The notes below the pieces were generated by a model. It did no database searches. It saw only the letters and a program-made list of their open reading frames with translations, and was not told where the DNA came from. Made by a program: the position numbers and the translations under genes. Shown here in pieces: positions 1 to 8,566 of a DNA stretch of 64,000 nt (position 1 is its first letter; every line of letters begins with the position of its first letter). Source of the DNA: Occultella glacieicola (lineage in GTDB: Bacteria; Actinomycetota; Actinomycetes; Actinomycetales; Beutenbergiaceae); assembly GCF_004353825.1 (NCBI RefSeq), contig NZ_SMNA01000001.1:434001-498000 (forward strand). Direction: 5' to 3'.

Positions 1-72
1 CACGGTCTCCGGATGACGCGCGCGAGGGCGCGCCCGTCACGGGCACCCAGGGATGCGATCTAGGCTCGAGCG

Positions 73-1956
73 GTGAGCGAACGCACCCCCCGCACGCCCC
101 GTGTGCGTGCCTCCGAACTGGTCGGCCGCGGCTGGCTGAACACCGGCGGCGCCGAGATCTCCCTCGCGGACCTGCGCGGCAAGATCGTCATCCTCGACTT
201 CTGGACGTTCTGCTGCATCAATTGCCTGCACGTCCTGGACGAGCTGCGCGACCTCGAGGAGCGGCACCGGGACAGCCTCGTGATCGTCGGCGTGCACTCG
301 CCGAAGTTCGTCCACGAGGCGGACCCTGACGCGCTCGTGGCCGCCGTGGAGCGGTACGGCGTGGCCCACCCGGTCCTCGACGATCCCGAGCTGGTGACCT
401 GGTCCGCGTACACGGCGCGCGCGTGGCCGACCCTCGTCGTGATCGACCCGGAGGGTTACATCGTCGCCCACATGGCGGGGGAGGGGCACGCCCCGAACCT
501 GGAGGTCCTGATCGCCGACCTGATCGCCGAGCACGACGCGAAGGGGACCCTGCACGCCGGCGACGGCCCGTACGTGGCGCCCGCACCGCCGTCGGGCACG
601 CTGCGGTTCCCAGCGAAGGTGATCGAGCTGCCGGGCGGCAACCTGCTCGTCGCGGACGCCGGCCACCACAGCCTGGTCGAACTCGAGCCCGACGGCGAGA
701 CGTTCGTCCGCAGGATCGGTTCCGGTGAGCGGGGGGCGGCGGACGGCCCGGCGGACGTCGCACGGTTCAACGAGCCGAACGGGCTGTGCCTGGTCCCGGA
801 GGAGCTGCGCGCATGGAGCGGCTACGACGTGATCGTCGCCGACACCGTGAACCACCGGCTGCGCGGCGTGCGGCTATCCGACGGGCAGGTCAGCACGGTC
901 GCCGGCACCGGACGCCCCTACCGGGTCGGCGCCCCGGACAACACCGATGAGCCCCGCGACGGCGTCTCCGGCGCCCGCCTGCAGAACCTCTCCTCGCCCT
1001 GGGACGTGGCCTGGGTGCCGCGGATCGGCGGCTTCCTCGTGGCGATGGCCGGCACCCACACCCTCTGGGAGTTCGACGACCAGCAGGACCACGTGTGGCA
1101 CGTCGGCGGCACCATGAACGAGGGGCTGGTGAGCGGGGAGATCCGGCAGGCCTGGTTCGCCCAGCCGTCCGGCCTGGCGGCCGACGACGACGGCCGGGTC
1201 TGGGTGGCGGACGCGGAGACGTCCGCCCTCCGGCTCGTGCACTTCACCGGCGGCTTCGACGCGGACGTGAGCACCGCCGTCGGGCAGGGTCTGTTCGAGT
1301 TCGGCCACGTCGACGGGCCGGCGGCGGACGCGCTCCTGCAGCACCCGCTCGACGTGTGCCTGCTCCCGGACGGCACGGTCGCGATCGCCGACACCTACAA
1401 CGGCGCCGTGCGGTGCTACGACCCGGCGACCGAGCAGGTCACCACGCTCGCCCGCGACCTCGCCGAACCGTCCGGACTGCTCGTCGTCGACGGCGGCGCG
1501 CACCTGCTCGTGGTCGAGTCCACCGCGCACCGGCTCACCCGGGTGCCGCTCGGGGAGGCCGGCAGGGTCGACACTGGCACGACGCACGACGGCGGCGCTC
1601 ACCGCACGCAGCGGCCGGTCACCGACGTCGGTCCTCGCCTCGAGCTCTCGGTGGTGTTCACCCCGGCGGCCGGTCGCAAGCTGGACGACCGGTTCGGGCC
1701 GTCGACGCAGGTCAGTGTCTCCGCGACCCCGACGTCGCTGCTGCGGGAGGGCGCCGGGATCGCCACGGACCTGAGCCGCAGCCTCACACTGGGACCCGGC
1801 GAGGGCGTGCTGCACGTCACCGCCCAGGCCGCGTCCTGTGACGCCGACCCCGCCGTGGAGTTCCCCGCCTGCCACCTGGCCCAGCAGGACTGGGGGATCC
1901 CGGTGCGGGTCGGCCCCGACGGTGTCGCGGAGCTCAGCCTGCCGCTGTTCGGCTGA
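73..1956 (+). CDS. Thioredoxin-like + NHL-repeat protein (NHLRC2/SOQ1-like)
   Basis: N-terminal DFWTFCCINC and GVHSPKF thioredoxin-like motifs, followed by NHL repeats (FNEPNG, ADTVNHRLR, FAQPSGLA, LQHPLDV). Confidence 0.88.
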   Translation: MSERTPRTPRVRASELVGRGWLNTGGAEISLADLRGKIVILDFWTFCCINCLHVLDELRDLEERHRDSLVIVGVHSPKFVHEADPDALVAAVERYGVAHPVLDDPELVTWSAYTARAWPTLVVIDPEGYIVAHMAGEGHAPNLEVLIADLIAEHDAKGTLHAGDGPYVAPAPPSGTLRFPAKVIELPGGNLLVADAGHHSLVELEPDGETFVRRIGSGERGAADGPADVARFNEPNGLCLVPEELRAWSGYDVIVADTVNHRLRGVRLSDGQVSTVAGTGRPYRVGAPDNTDEPRDGVSGARLQNLSSPWDVAWVPRIGGFLVAMAGTHTLWEFDDQQDHVWHVGGTMNEGLVSGEIRQAWFAQPSGLAADDDGRVWVADAETSALRLVHFTGGFDADVSTAVGQGLFEFGHVDGPAADALLQHPLDVCLLPDGTVAIADTYNGAVRCYDPATEQVTTLARDLAEPSGLLVVDGGAHLLVVESTAHRLTRVPLGEAGRVDTGTTHDGGAHRTQRPVTDVGPRLELSVVFTPAAGRKLDDRFGPSTQVSVSATPTSLLREGAGIATDLSRSLTLGPGEGVLHVTAQAASCDADPAVEFPACHLAQQDWGIPVRVGPDGVAELSLPLFG

Positions 1957-1964
1957 CGGCCGCC

Positions 1965-2672
1965 TCAGGCCGAGGGCGCCGACAGTCCCGAGGGCACCGA
2001 GGGTTCCGGTCGGTGCAACCGGCCGAGTGCGCCGAACACCTCGGCGTTCAGGTCGAAGGCCAGGCGGGCCTCGGCGACCAGGCGCTCCCGGTCCGAGCCG
2101 GTCAGGGGCAGGGCGTCCATCGCGGCCCGGTAGCGGTCCTTGAACGGCGGGATCTTCTCGATCTGCTCGAACGTGTAGAACGCCAGGCCGTCCTCGGCGA
2201 GCCCGTAGTGACGCTGCATCATCCGCTTGATCACCTGACCGCCGGACAGGTCGCCGAGGTAGCGGGTGTAGGCGTGCGCGAGGTAGCCGACCACGTCCTC
2301 GCCCAGCCCCTCGAGGCGGTCCACGTAGCGACGGGTCTCTGGCAGGATCGTGACCCGCCGGGCGTGCTCGGCCCCGATGAGGAACGCGAGGTCCGTGGCC
2401 AGGGCGTCCCCCCGGCGCAGCTCGTCGAAGACGAGCCCGGCGCCGGTGGGTGTCCTGCGGACACGGTCGCCGGCGGACTCGAGCGCGGCGTAGATCGCGC
2501 GATGCTGGACGGCCAGGGCGGCGTAGGCCGCCACGTCGAGGTGGCCGCCCATGAGGTTCTGCACGAAGCCGGTGGACTCGGCGCGCTCGTGGGCGTCCCG
2601 CGTGGCCGAGCGCAGGAGCAGGCTCGCGGGCTCGTCGAGGTCGGCGGCGGCCTGGGTGGGACTGAGGGTCAT
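1965..2672 (-). CDS. Biliverdin-producing heme oxygenase (HmuO-like)
   Basis: C-terminal part of ORF 1965..4580; ATG at 2672 (MTLSPTQ); motifs TRDAHERAE, HAYTRYLGDLSGGQ, EARLAFDLN. Confidence 0.92.
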   Translation of the reverse strand: MTLSPTQAAADLDEPASLLLRSATRDAHERAESTGFVQNLMGGHLDVAAYAALAVQHRAIYAALESAGDRVRRTPTGAGLVFDELRRGDALATDLAFLIGAEHARRVTILPETRRYVDRLEGLGEDVVGYLAHAYTRYLGDLSGGQVIKRMMQRHYGLAEDGLAFYTFEQIEKIPPFKDRYRAAMDALPLTGSDRERLVAEARLAFDLNAEVFGALGRLHRPEPSVPSGLSAPSA

Positions 2673-2713
2673 GTGACAACTTTCGCGACGATGTGTCAGG
2701 AAGATATCCCAAG

Positions 2714-2732
2714 ATAGGTGAGTCTTACCTAA
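2714..2732. promoter_or_regulatory. DtxR/IdeR iron box upstream of heme oxygenase
   Basis: ATAGGTGAGTCTTACCTAA matches 16/19 positions of consensus TWAGGTWAGSCTWACCTWA, about 42 bp upstream of the heme oxygenase start. Confidence 0.75.
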
Positions 2733-2788
2733 CTTCGCAAGTGTGGGCCAACGGGGCGTCGAGGGCAACCATGTGGAGGTCCGCCCGA

Positions 2789-3541
2789 TCAGACCAGGTC
2801 GGTGACCGGGGTGAGCAGGTAGCGCCCGACCATGCCGACCGATCCGGCGAGGGAGTCCAGATAGGCGGCCTCCACCGAGCCGGACCCGCGCAGTTCCCAG
2901 AGGACCTCGGCATTCGCCCAGGCCGCCTCCCGCGCCTTCGCGATGCTCCAGGTGGCGATCAGGTTCGCGACCGGGGCGAACCGGCGGTCGGCCTCGAGGG
3001 CGAGGCCGCTCAGGAAGGACTGGCGGACCTCCTCCTGCACCAGGGCGAGGACGTCGGTGACCCTCCGGTAGTCGGCCCGCACGCCCGGACTGTCCGGGGT
3101 CAGGCCCAATTGACGGCAGGTGCGCACGACCGCGAGGCCGAGATCGTGGTTGATGTGGGCGTTCATCCCGGCCAGGGCGAACTGGATGGGAGCGCGCCGG
3201 GAGTCGGCGCGATCGGCGAACACCGGCGCCCAGGCGCGGTTCGGGGAGGGCGCGGACGCCGCCTCGAGGTAGTAGCCGGCGAAGACCACGTCCAGGCGGG
3301 TCAGGAACTCCCGGTCGGCGAAGCGGCCCGCGGTGATCTCGTCGCCGACGAGCGCCGTGACCCGCCGGTACATGGCGTGGAAGGCACCGACGCCGTCGCC
3401 CGTGGGGAAGCCGGAGCCGAGCAGGTCCAGGTGCACGAGCAGGGACTCGATGTCCGGGTGCTGCTCGGCGGGCGCCGGTTCGCGGCGTCGGCGGCGCAGG
3501 CGATCCCTGGCTGCGCCGAGCAGGTCGGAGAACCAGCCCAT
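2789..3541 (-). CDS. DUF5995-like protein
   Basis: Motifs FHAMYRRVT, LDVVFAGYYL, ALAGMNAHINHDL. Confidence 0.7.
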   Translation of the reverse strand: MGWFSDLLGAARDRLRRRRREPAPAEQHPDIESLLVHLDLLGSGFPTGDGVGAFHAMYRRVTALVGDEITAGRFADREFLTRLDVVFAGYYLEAASAPSPNRAWAPVFADRADSRRAPIQFALAGMNAHINHDLGLAVVRTCRQLGLTPDSPGVRADYRRVTDVLALVQEEVRQSFLSGLALEADRRFAPVANLIATWSIAKAREAAWANAEVLWELRGSGSVEAAYLDSLAGSVGMVGRYLLTPVTDLV

Positions 3542-3586
3542 GCGCCAGACGGTAGTCCTGCAGGGCCGTTCCGGTCCGGCGAATGT

Positions 3587-4198
3587 CTAGGCGGGTTGGA
3601 GGGCGTCCTCGGACAGCCCGACGGCGCGCAGCACGAACGACTCGGTGGCGGTGATCGCCCGCTCGCGGTCGGGGCCGGAATCGGGAAAGGTGCGACCGGA
3701 CAGGCACGAGTTGATCAGCGGGACCACGGCGGAGACGTCCTGGTCGGGCAGAGATCCGTCGGCGATGCCCGCCTCGAGGATCCGACGCAGCAGCACCTCG
3801 ACCTGGATCACGTGCTCCCGCAGCCGCATCCCGGTCTCGTGGGAGACCACCGAGCGCAGGTCCGGCCCCGGAGCGAGGTGGTAGACCCGCTTGAGGCTGA
3901 TCTGCTCGCGTACGTAGACACGCAACTGCTCGTGCGGGTCGTCCACCTGCGCGAGTGCCGCGGTCAGCTCGGCCACGAAGTGGGACGTCTCGTGCTCGAT
4001 GAAGCTGATCAGCAGCGATTCCTTGTCGGGGAAGTGGTTGTACACCGACGTGCGCCCGACGCCGGCCCGGGCCGCGATGTCCGCCAGGCTGACGGAGTCG
4101 AAACCCGCCTCGGCCATGAGCTGCGACAGCGCGGTGAAGAGCTTGGTGCGCACATGCGCACGGTGTTCGGCGAGGGTGGAACCGATGATCTTGGGCAC
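3587..4198 (-). CDS. TetR/AcrR family transcriptional regulator
   Basis: HTH motif SLADIAARAGVGRTSVYNHFPDKESLL; start GTG 4198 (or ATG 4207/4210). Confidence 0.9.
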   Translation of the reverse strand: MPKIIGSTLAEHRAHVRTKLFTALSQLMAEAGFDSVSLADIAARAGVGRTSVYNHFPDKESLLISFIEHETSHFVAELTAALAQVDDPHEQLRVYVREQISLKRVYHLAPGPDLRSVVSHETGMRLREHVIQVEVLLRRILEAGIADGSLPDQDVSAVVPLINSCLSGRTFPDSGPDRERAITATESFVLRAVGLSEDALQPA

Positions 4199-4266
4199 GG
4201 CCGCCATCATGCCACTTCGTGACATCAGAACCCAATCGGTCGTAAAACCGGGTGGTCCTGCCGGGA

Positions 4267-4734
4267 TCAGTCGACGCTGTCGAGGCGGGCGATCTCGTCG
4301 ACCGCGTCCAGGACGGCCCGCACGATCGGGACGTCCAGCGACAGCCACGTGACCGAGTCGACCTCGCTGAGGTCCAGCCAGCGCAACTCGTCGTGGTCCG
4401 CGAGCGGAGCGGGGTCGCCGTCGGTGATCCTGGCCAGCCAGACCCGCATCCGGTGTCCGTGCAGGATCGGCCAGTCCGTGTTGTCGGGGCCGTCCGGCCC
4501 GGGGACGGCGGTGCCGATCGCGACCTCCACGCCGAGTTCCTCCCGTAGTTCCCGACGCAGGGCCTCCAGGTCGTCCTCACCGGGTTCGACCTTCCCGCCG
4601 GGGAACTCCCACTGGCCGGCCAGCGACTTCGGAGCGCTCCGGCGGGCTGCGAGCAGGCGGGCGGGCGCGTCGAGGTCGTCGAGGATCGCGGCGGCGACCA
4701 CGAGGGAGCGAGGGGCTGACGTCATGTCCGCCAT
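4267..4734 (-). CDS. NUDIX hydrolase, MutT-like (deoxy)nucleoside triphosphate pyrophosphohydrolase
   Basis: Nudix box WEFPGGKVEPGEDDLEALRRELREELG. Confidence 0.9.
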   Translation of the reverse strand: MADMTSAPRSLVVAAAILDDLDAPARLLAARRSAPKSLAGQWEFPGGKVEPGEDDLEALRRELREELGVEVAIGTAVPGPDGPDNTDWPILHGHRMRVWLARITDGDPAPLADHDELRWLDLSEVDSVTWLSLDVPIVRAVLDAVDEIARLDSVD

Positions 4735-4748
4735 CGTATCGACCCCGC

Positions 4749-5075
4749 CTATCCACAGACCTTGTGCACAGGTGTGTGTATCGCCGGCGTTTGCGCAGGT
4801 GACGCTTGTGGAGCCAGTAGGCGACGAGCGTGTGGAACCAGTGGGCGACGAGCGAACGACGCCACGGTGGCGAGCACGTGTCCGGTGGGTGTCCGGACCC
4901 TGGGTCCGGCCGGCGAGCGGATGCCCGTGCCGGCGGCCCCCGGAACGGAGCGCCGGGTGGGTCCCACGGCGCCGTCGATGCCCGGGTTATCCACAAATTT
5001 GATCCACACCTGTGTGCACAACCGGCATAACCGCAGGTGAACCTGTGGAACGAGCTGTGGGTCAACTGGGGATAA
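4749..5075. promoter_or_regulatory. Cluster of DnaA boxes (not at dnaA)
   Basis: Perfect TTATCCACA 4987-4995; one-mismatch boxes (vs TT[A/G]TCCACA) at 4749, 4762, 5000, 5013(-), 5067(-); further perfect box at 5368-5376 and one-mismatch box at 5691(-). Confidence 0.7.
4807..4854. repeat. Tandem 24-bp direct repeat (2 copies, 22/24 identical)
   Basis: TGTGGAGCCAGTAGGCGACGAGCG / TGTGGAACCAGTGGGCGACGAGCG. Confidence 0.85.
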
Positions 5076-5095
5076 AAGAAAGCTCGGTGAACCCC

Positions 5096-5124
5096 TTGCG
5101 AACGGTCAGTGACGTGACTAGACA
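5096..5124 (+). promoter_or_regulatory. Putative sigma70-type promoter for the candidate ncRNA
   Basis: TTGCGA (5096-5101), 17 bp spacer, TAGACA (5119-5124); the -10 lacks the last conserved T. Confidence 0.35.
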
Positions 5125-5129
5125 TAACC

Positions 5130-5847
5130 CATCGAGTTCACCGACTCGGTCGCAGAGGAGGAGCACAGGCTCATCGGATGCGGGTTCGAGATCCAGGGCA
5201 GAACCGGGAGTGATCCCAGGGGACGTCAGGGAAGACGGGCCGGCACTGATGTGGCGGAGTTCAGCCGAAGCGGTCGGACCACCGGACGGGTCAACCGTTC
5301 GATGGGGCGGTAGGCGGTACTGGAAAGGCAATGATGTCCTTGCAGGCTCGGACGGCGGGGAGACCCGTTATCCACAGAGCAGGGCTCGGATGCACAACCA
5401 GCAGCGCCGACTGTACGGATCCCGGACAGCCCGGGCCCTAGCAAGTGAGGAATCGGGGAGACCCGAATCCGAACACCGCGGGGTCAGGATGGACCTTGAT
5501 CCGGACAGAGTGCGGATCCTGGGACGCTGGGACCGTGCGCACCGCGTCGTCGCAGGAGTTTCGGCTCGGCAACGACGCAACCGTGTGACCCTGGGACGCC
5601 GGGGACCCACACACCCGCATCAGCGGACTCGATGCCCGGAGCGGATCCCGACGATGAACCGGTCGGTGGACTTGGTCCACGGATCGGGGGTGTGGATGAC
5701 ACCCGCATCGCACGGCCCGGATCGGGTACCTGTACCAGGGAAGGCTCACTGCTCAGGCAGGCGCAGCCGGCGGGCTCATCCCCAGCCGCTCATCGCCCCG
5801 GTACAAGCAAGGCCCCTCGGACGCTTACTCCGAGGGGCCTTTGCTTT
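5130..5847 (+). ncRNA. Candidate large structured non-coding RNA (~720 nt), family unassigned
   Basis: No credible CDS; many hairpins with GNRA/UUCG loops (GGGA-GTGA-TCCC, CGGG-GAGA-CCCG twice, GAGT-TTCG-GCTC); ends in an intrinsic terminator. Confidence 0.55.
5809..5847 (+). terminator. Intrinsic terminator
   Basis: 13-bp perfect stem AAGGCCCCTCGGA / TCCGAGGGGCCTT with 7-nt loop, followed by TGCTTT. Confidence 0.8.
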
Positions 5848-5960
5848 GCCCCTCCATCTTGACGGGTCCGCGGTGCCACACACGCACCGACACACCCATC
5901 CGCGGTGAGACGTTCGCCACGAAGCGGGGTCCGTCCCCCGGACGCCGTTAGGGTGGAGCC

Positions 5961-6728
5961 GTGATCGAACTCAAGACTCCCGCCGAGATCGAGGCGATGC
6001 GACCGGCCGGTTCCTTCGTGGCAGGTGTGCTCACCGCGTTGCAGGAGGCGGCCGGTGTCGGCGTCAACCTTCTGGAGCTCGACAAACTCGCCCATGGGAT
6101 GATCCGCGACGCCGGCGCCGAGTCGTGCTACATCGATTACCACCCGAGTTTCGGGGCGAGCCCGTTCGGCAAGGTGCTGTGCACCTCGGTCAACGATGCG
6201 GTGCTGCACGGGCTCCCGCACGACTACACCCTGCGCGACGGCGACCTGCTGTCCGTGGACTTCGCCGTCAGCGTGAACGGCTGGGTCGCCGACTCCGCGC
6301 TCAGCATCGTGGTCGGCACGCCGGCGGACGAGGACCTGCGGCTGATCAAGACCACCGAGCTCGCCCTCGAGGCCGGCATCAACGCGGCCACGGTCGGCAA
6401 CCGGCTCGGCGACATCTCGGCCGCGATCGGTGAGGTCGCCGCCGCGAACGGCTACGGAGTGAACACCGACTTCGGTGGCCACGGGGTCGGGCGTACCATG
6501 CACGGCGAACCGCACGTGCCGAACGCGGGCCGGGCCGGCCGGGGCATGCCGCTGCGCCCGGGGCTGGTGATCGCCATCGAGCCGTGGTTCATGCTCGGCA
6601 CCGACGAGATCTACACCGACCCGGACGGTTGGACGCTGCGCTCCAAGGACGGCTCCCGCGGCGCGCACAGCGAGCACACGATCGCGGTCACCGCGGACGG
6701 CCCGGTCGTCCTCACCGCGCGCGACTGA
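5961..6728 (+). CDS. map: Type I methionine aminopeptidase
   Basis: CTSVNDAVLHGLP, DGDLLSVD, GWVADSA, GHGVG..MH, AIEPW, AHSEHTIAVT. Confidence 0.96.
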   Translation: MIELKTPAEIEAMRPAGSFVAGVLTALQEAAGVGVNLLELDKLAHGMIRDAGAESCYIDYHPSFGASPFGKVLCTSVNDAVLHGLPHDYTLRDGDLLSVDFAVSVNGWVADSALSIVVGTPADEDLRLIKTTELALEAGINAATVGNRLGDISAAIGEVAAANGYGVNTDFGGHGVGRTMHGEPHVPNAGRAGRGMPLRPGLVIAIEPWFMLGTDEIYTDPDGWTLRSKDGSRGAHSEHTIAVTADGPVVLTARD

Positions 6729-6852
6729 CCGCCCGGCTCCGGCCGCGCACACGGCGACAGTGCTGTTGTGGCAGCCAGAACAGCACTCCCACCGGTCGGG
6801 AGCGGCCGATTTACCCTTGCCGGGTGATCGAGGGTCGCGCAGGATGGCGCCG

Positions 6853-7749
6853 ATGAGCATGCACCCCGGCCAGGCCCCCACCGACGAGTCGCTGGTCCGT
6901 CGCCTGCTCGCCGCCCAGTTCCCCGAGTGGGCCGATTTGCCGATCCGGCCGGTCGAGCACTACGGCACCGACCACGACATCTACCGCCTCGGGGCCGACC
7001 TCGTGGTGCGGCTGCCCCGCACCGAGTGGTCCGCCCGCCAGGCCCTCACCGAGTCGGTGTGGCTGCCGCGGCTCGCGCCGGTGCTGCCGCTGCGGGTCCC
7101 CGAGCAGGTCGGCCTCGGGGAACCTGCGGAGGGATTCGCCCACGTGTGGTCGGTCTGCACCTGGCTGCACGGCGCCTCGAGCGCCCACCGCGCCCCCACC
7201 GACCCGGTGCGCGCCGCCCATGACCTCGCCGAGTTCGTGACCGCGCTGCGCGGCATCGACACCGCCGACGCGCATGAGCGTCGGCCCGGATGGCGCGGCG
7301 GACCGCTGGCCGAGTCCGACGACGGGTTCCGGGCGGCGCTCACACAGCTCGGCGACCGTATCGACGCCACCGCCGCCCTGGCCTCCTGGGACGAGTCCCT
7401 GGCCGCGGACGTCTGGGCCGAGCCCGAGGTCTGGGTCCACGGGGATCTGCTCCCCGGGAACCTGATCGCCGTGGACGGCCGGCTGGACGCCGTGATCGAC
7501 TGGGGCGCCCTCAACGTCGGCGACCCGGCATGCGACCTGCAGCCGGCCTGGAGCGTGTTCGGCGGCGAGAGCCGCCGGGCCTACCGCGACGCCCTCGGCG
7601 TCGACGACGCGTCCTGGCTGCGCGGGCGTGGCTGGGCCCTCGCCCAGGCCGTCATCGCCCTGCCCTACTACTGGGAGACGAACCCCGGCATCGTGCGCCA
7701 GTCGGCCCACGCCGTCGAGCAGGTGCTCGCAGACGGCGTGCGACGCTGA
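6853..7749 (+). CDS. Aminoglycoside phosphotransferase (APH/kinase-like) family protein
   Basis: HGDLLPGNL catalytic loop, VIDWG, GDPACDL; ATG 6853 chosen within ORF 6760..7749. Confidence 0.88.
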   Translation: MSMHPGQAPTDESLVRRLLAAQFPEWADLPIRPVEHYGTDHDIYRLGADLVVRLPRTEWSARQALTESVWLPRLAPVLPLRVPEQVGLGEPAEGFAHVWSVCTWLHGASSAHRAPTDPVRAAHDLAEFVTALRGIDTADAHERRPGWRGGPLAESDDGFRAALTQLGDRIDATAALASWDESLAADVWAEPEVWVHGDLLPGNLIAVDGRLDAVIDWGALNVGDPACDLQPAWSVFGGESRRAYRDALGVDDASWLRGRGWALAQAVIALPYYWETNPGIVRQSAHAVEQVLADGVRR

Positions 7750-7819
7750 CGCCCGACGGCGGAACTTGCCCTTGCGTCGAGGGCTCGCCCGGCCGAGCAC
7801 ACCCGCAGAAGGAGGAACG

Positions 7820-7957
7820 ATGTCACCCGATCCGACCGCCGTCCACCCGATCCCCGCCTTCGGCCGGGTGGTGTTCCTGCGGCCGCTGGTCACCGCGCCG
7901 ATGATCCCGGCCCGGCCGATCCGCCAGCGGTTCTCCGATGCGGATGTGGCCCGATGA
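7820..7957 (+). CDS. Putative small ORF (45 aa) coupled to the isochorismatase gene
   Basis: AAGGAGG SD at 7809-7815, ATG 7820; stop overlaps the next start (ATGA 7954-7957). Confidence 0.4.
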   Translation: MSPDPTAVHPIPAFGRVVFLRPLVTAPMIPARPIRQRFSDADVAR

Positions 7958-8508
7958 CCACACTCTCGGCCCGGCCCAACACCGCGCTGCTGGTGATCGA
8001 CATGCAGAACGGGGTGGTGGCCGGGCTCCATCGGCGTGCCGAGGTGGTGGCGAACATCGGCGCCCTCGTGGAGAGCGCCCGCGGCGCGGGTGCGCCGGTC
8101 GTCTGGATCCAGGACTCCGGTGCGGACACGCCGCGGGGGAGCCGGGCCTGGGAGTACATCCCGGAACTGGTCCGCGAGGAGTCGGAGACCCTCGTCCACA
8201 AGACCTACCAGGACTCGTTCGAGGACACCGACCTGGAGGAGGCCCTGGCTGCGGCAGGAGTCGGCCGGGTGGTGGTGACCGGGGCCCACACCGATGCGTG
8301 CGTCCGGTCCACGATCCACGGCGCCCTCGTCCGAGGGTATGACGTGACGCTCGTCGAGGATGCCCACGCCGCCGCGGATCTGAGCTCGTGGGGTGCGCCG
8401 CCGCCGGCGCAGGTGATCGCCCACACCAACCTCTATTGGCGCAGCCAGCGAGCACCGGGTCGGGTCGCCGAGGTCACGGCCACGAAGGACGTGACGTTCG
8501 ACCGCTGA
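7954..8508 (+). CDS. Isochorismatase / cysteine hydrolase family protein
   Basis: ALLVIDMQN, HKTYQDSF, TGAHTDACVRST. Confidence 0.92.
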   Translation: MTTLSARPNTALLVIDMQNGVVAGLHRRAEVVANIGALVESARGAGAPVVWIQDSGADTPRGSRAWEYIPELVREESETLVHKTYQDSFEDTDLEEALAAAGVGRVVVTGAHTDACVRSTIHGALVRGYDVTLVEDAHAAADLSSWGAPPPAQVIAHTNLYWRSQRAPGRVAEVTATKDVTFDR

Positions 8509-8566
8509 CGTCTGCGCCGGACGGGCTCGGTCAGCGGACCTCGGTCGACGGGGCCGGGGGTGGCGG

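Noticed and set aside
1965..4580. 871-aa ORF as a single protein (likewise 9636..12209, 24203..26290, 35408..38323, 58297..60267)
   Set aside because: Real genes extended upstream by stop-poor GC-rich frames overlapping other genes; trimmed to plausible starts
4807..4854. CRISPR array
   Set aside because: Only two abutting repeats, no spacers, no cas genes in the window
5012..5908. 298-aa ORF across the intergenic region
   Set aside because: No motifs, Arg/Ser/Pro-rich, lacks the genome's GC3 bias, and runs through a strong terminator
4735..5960. Chromosomal oriC
   Set aside because: No dnaA/dnaN/rpmH adjacent and no extended AT-rich unwinding element; kept only as a non-origin DnaA cluster
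6853..7749. Bona fide aminoglycoside resistance gene
   Set aside because: Only generic APH/kinase-fold motifs; substrate cannot be inferred from sequence
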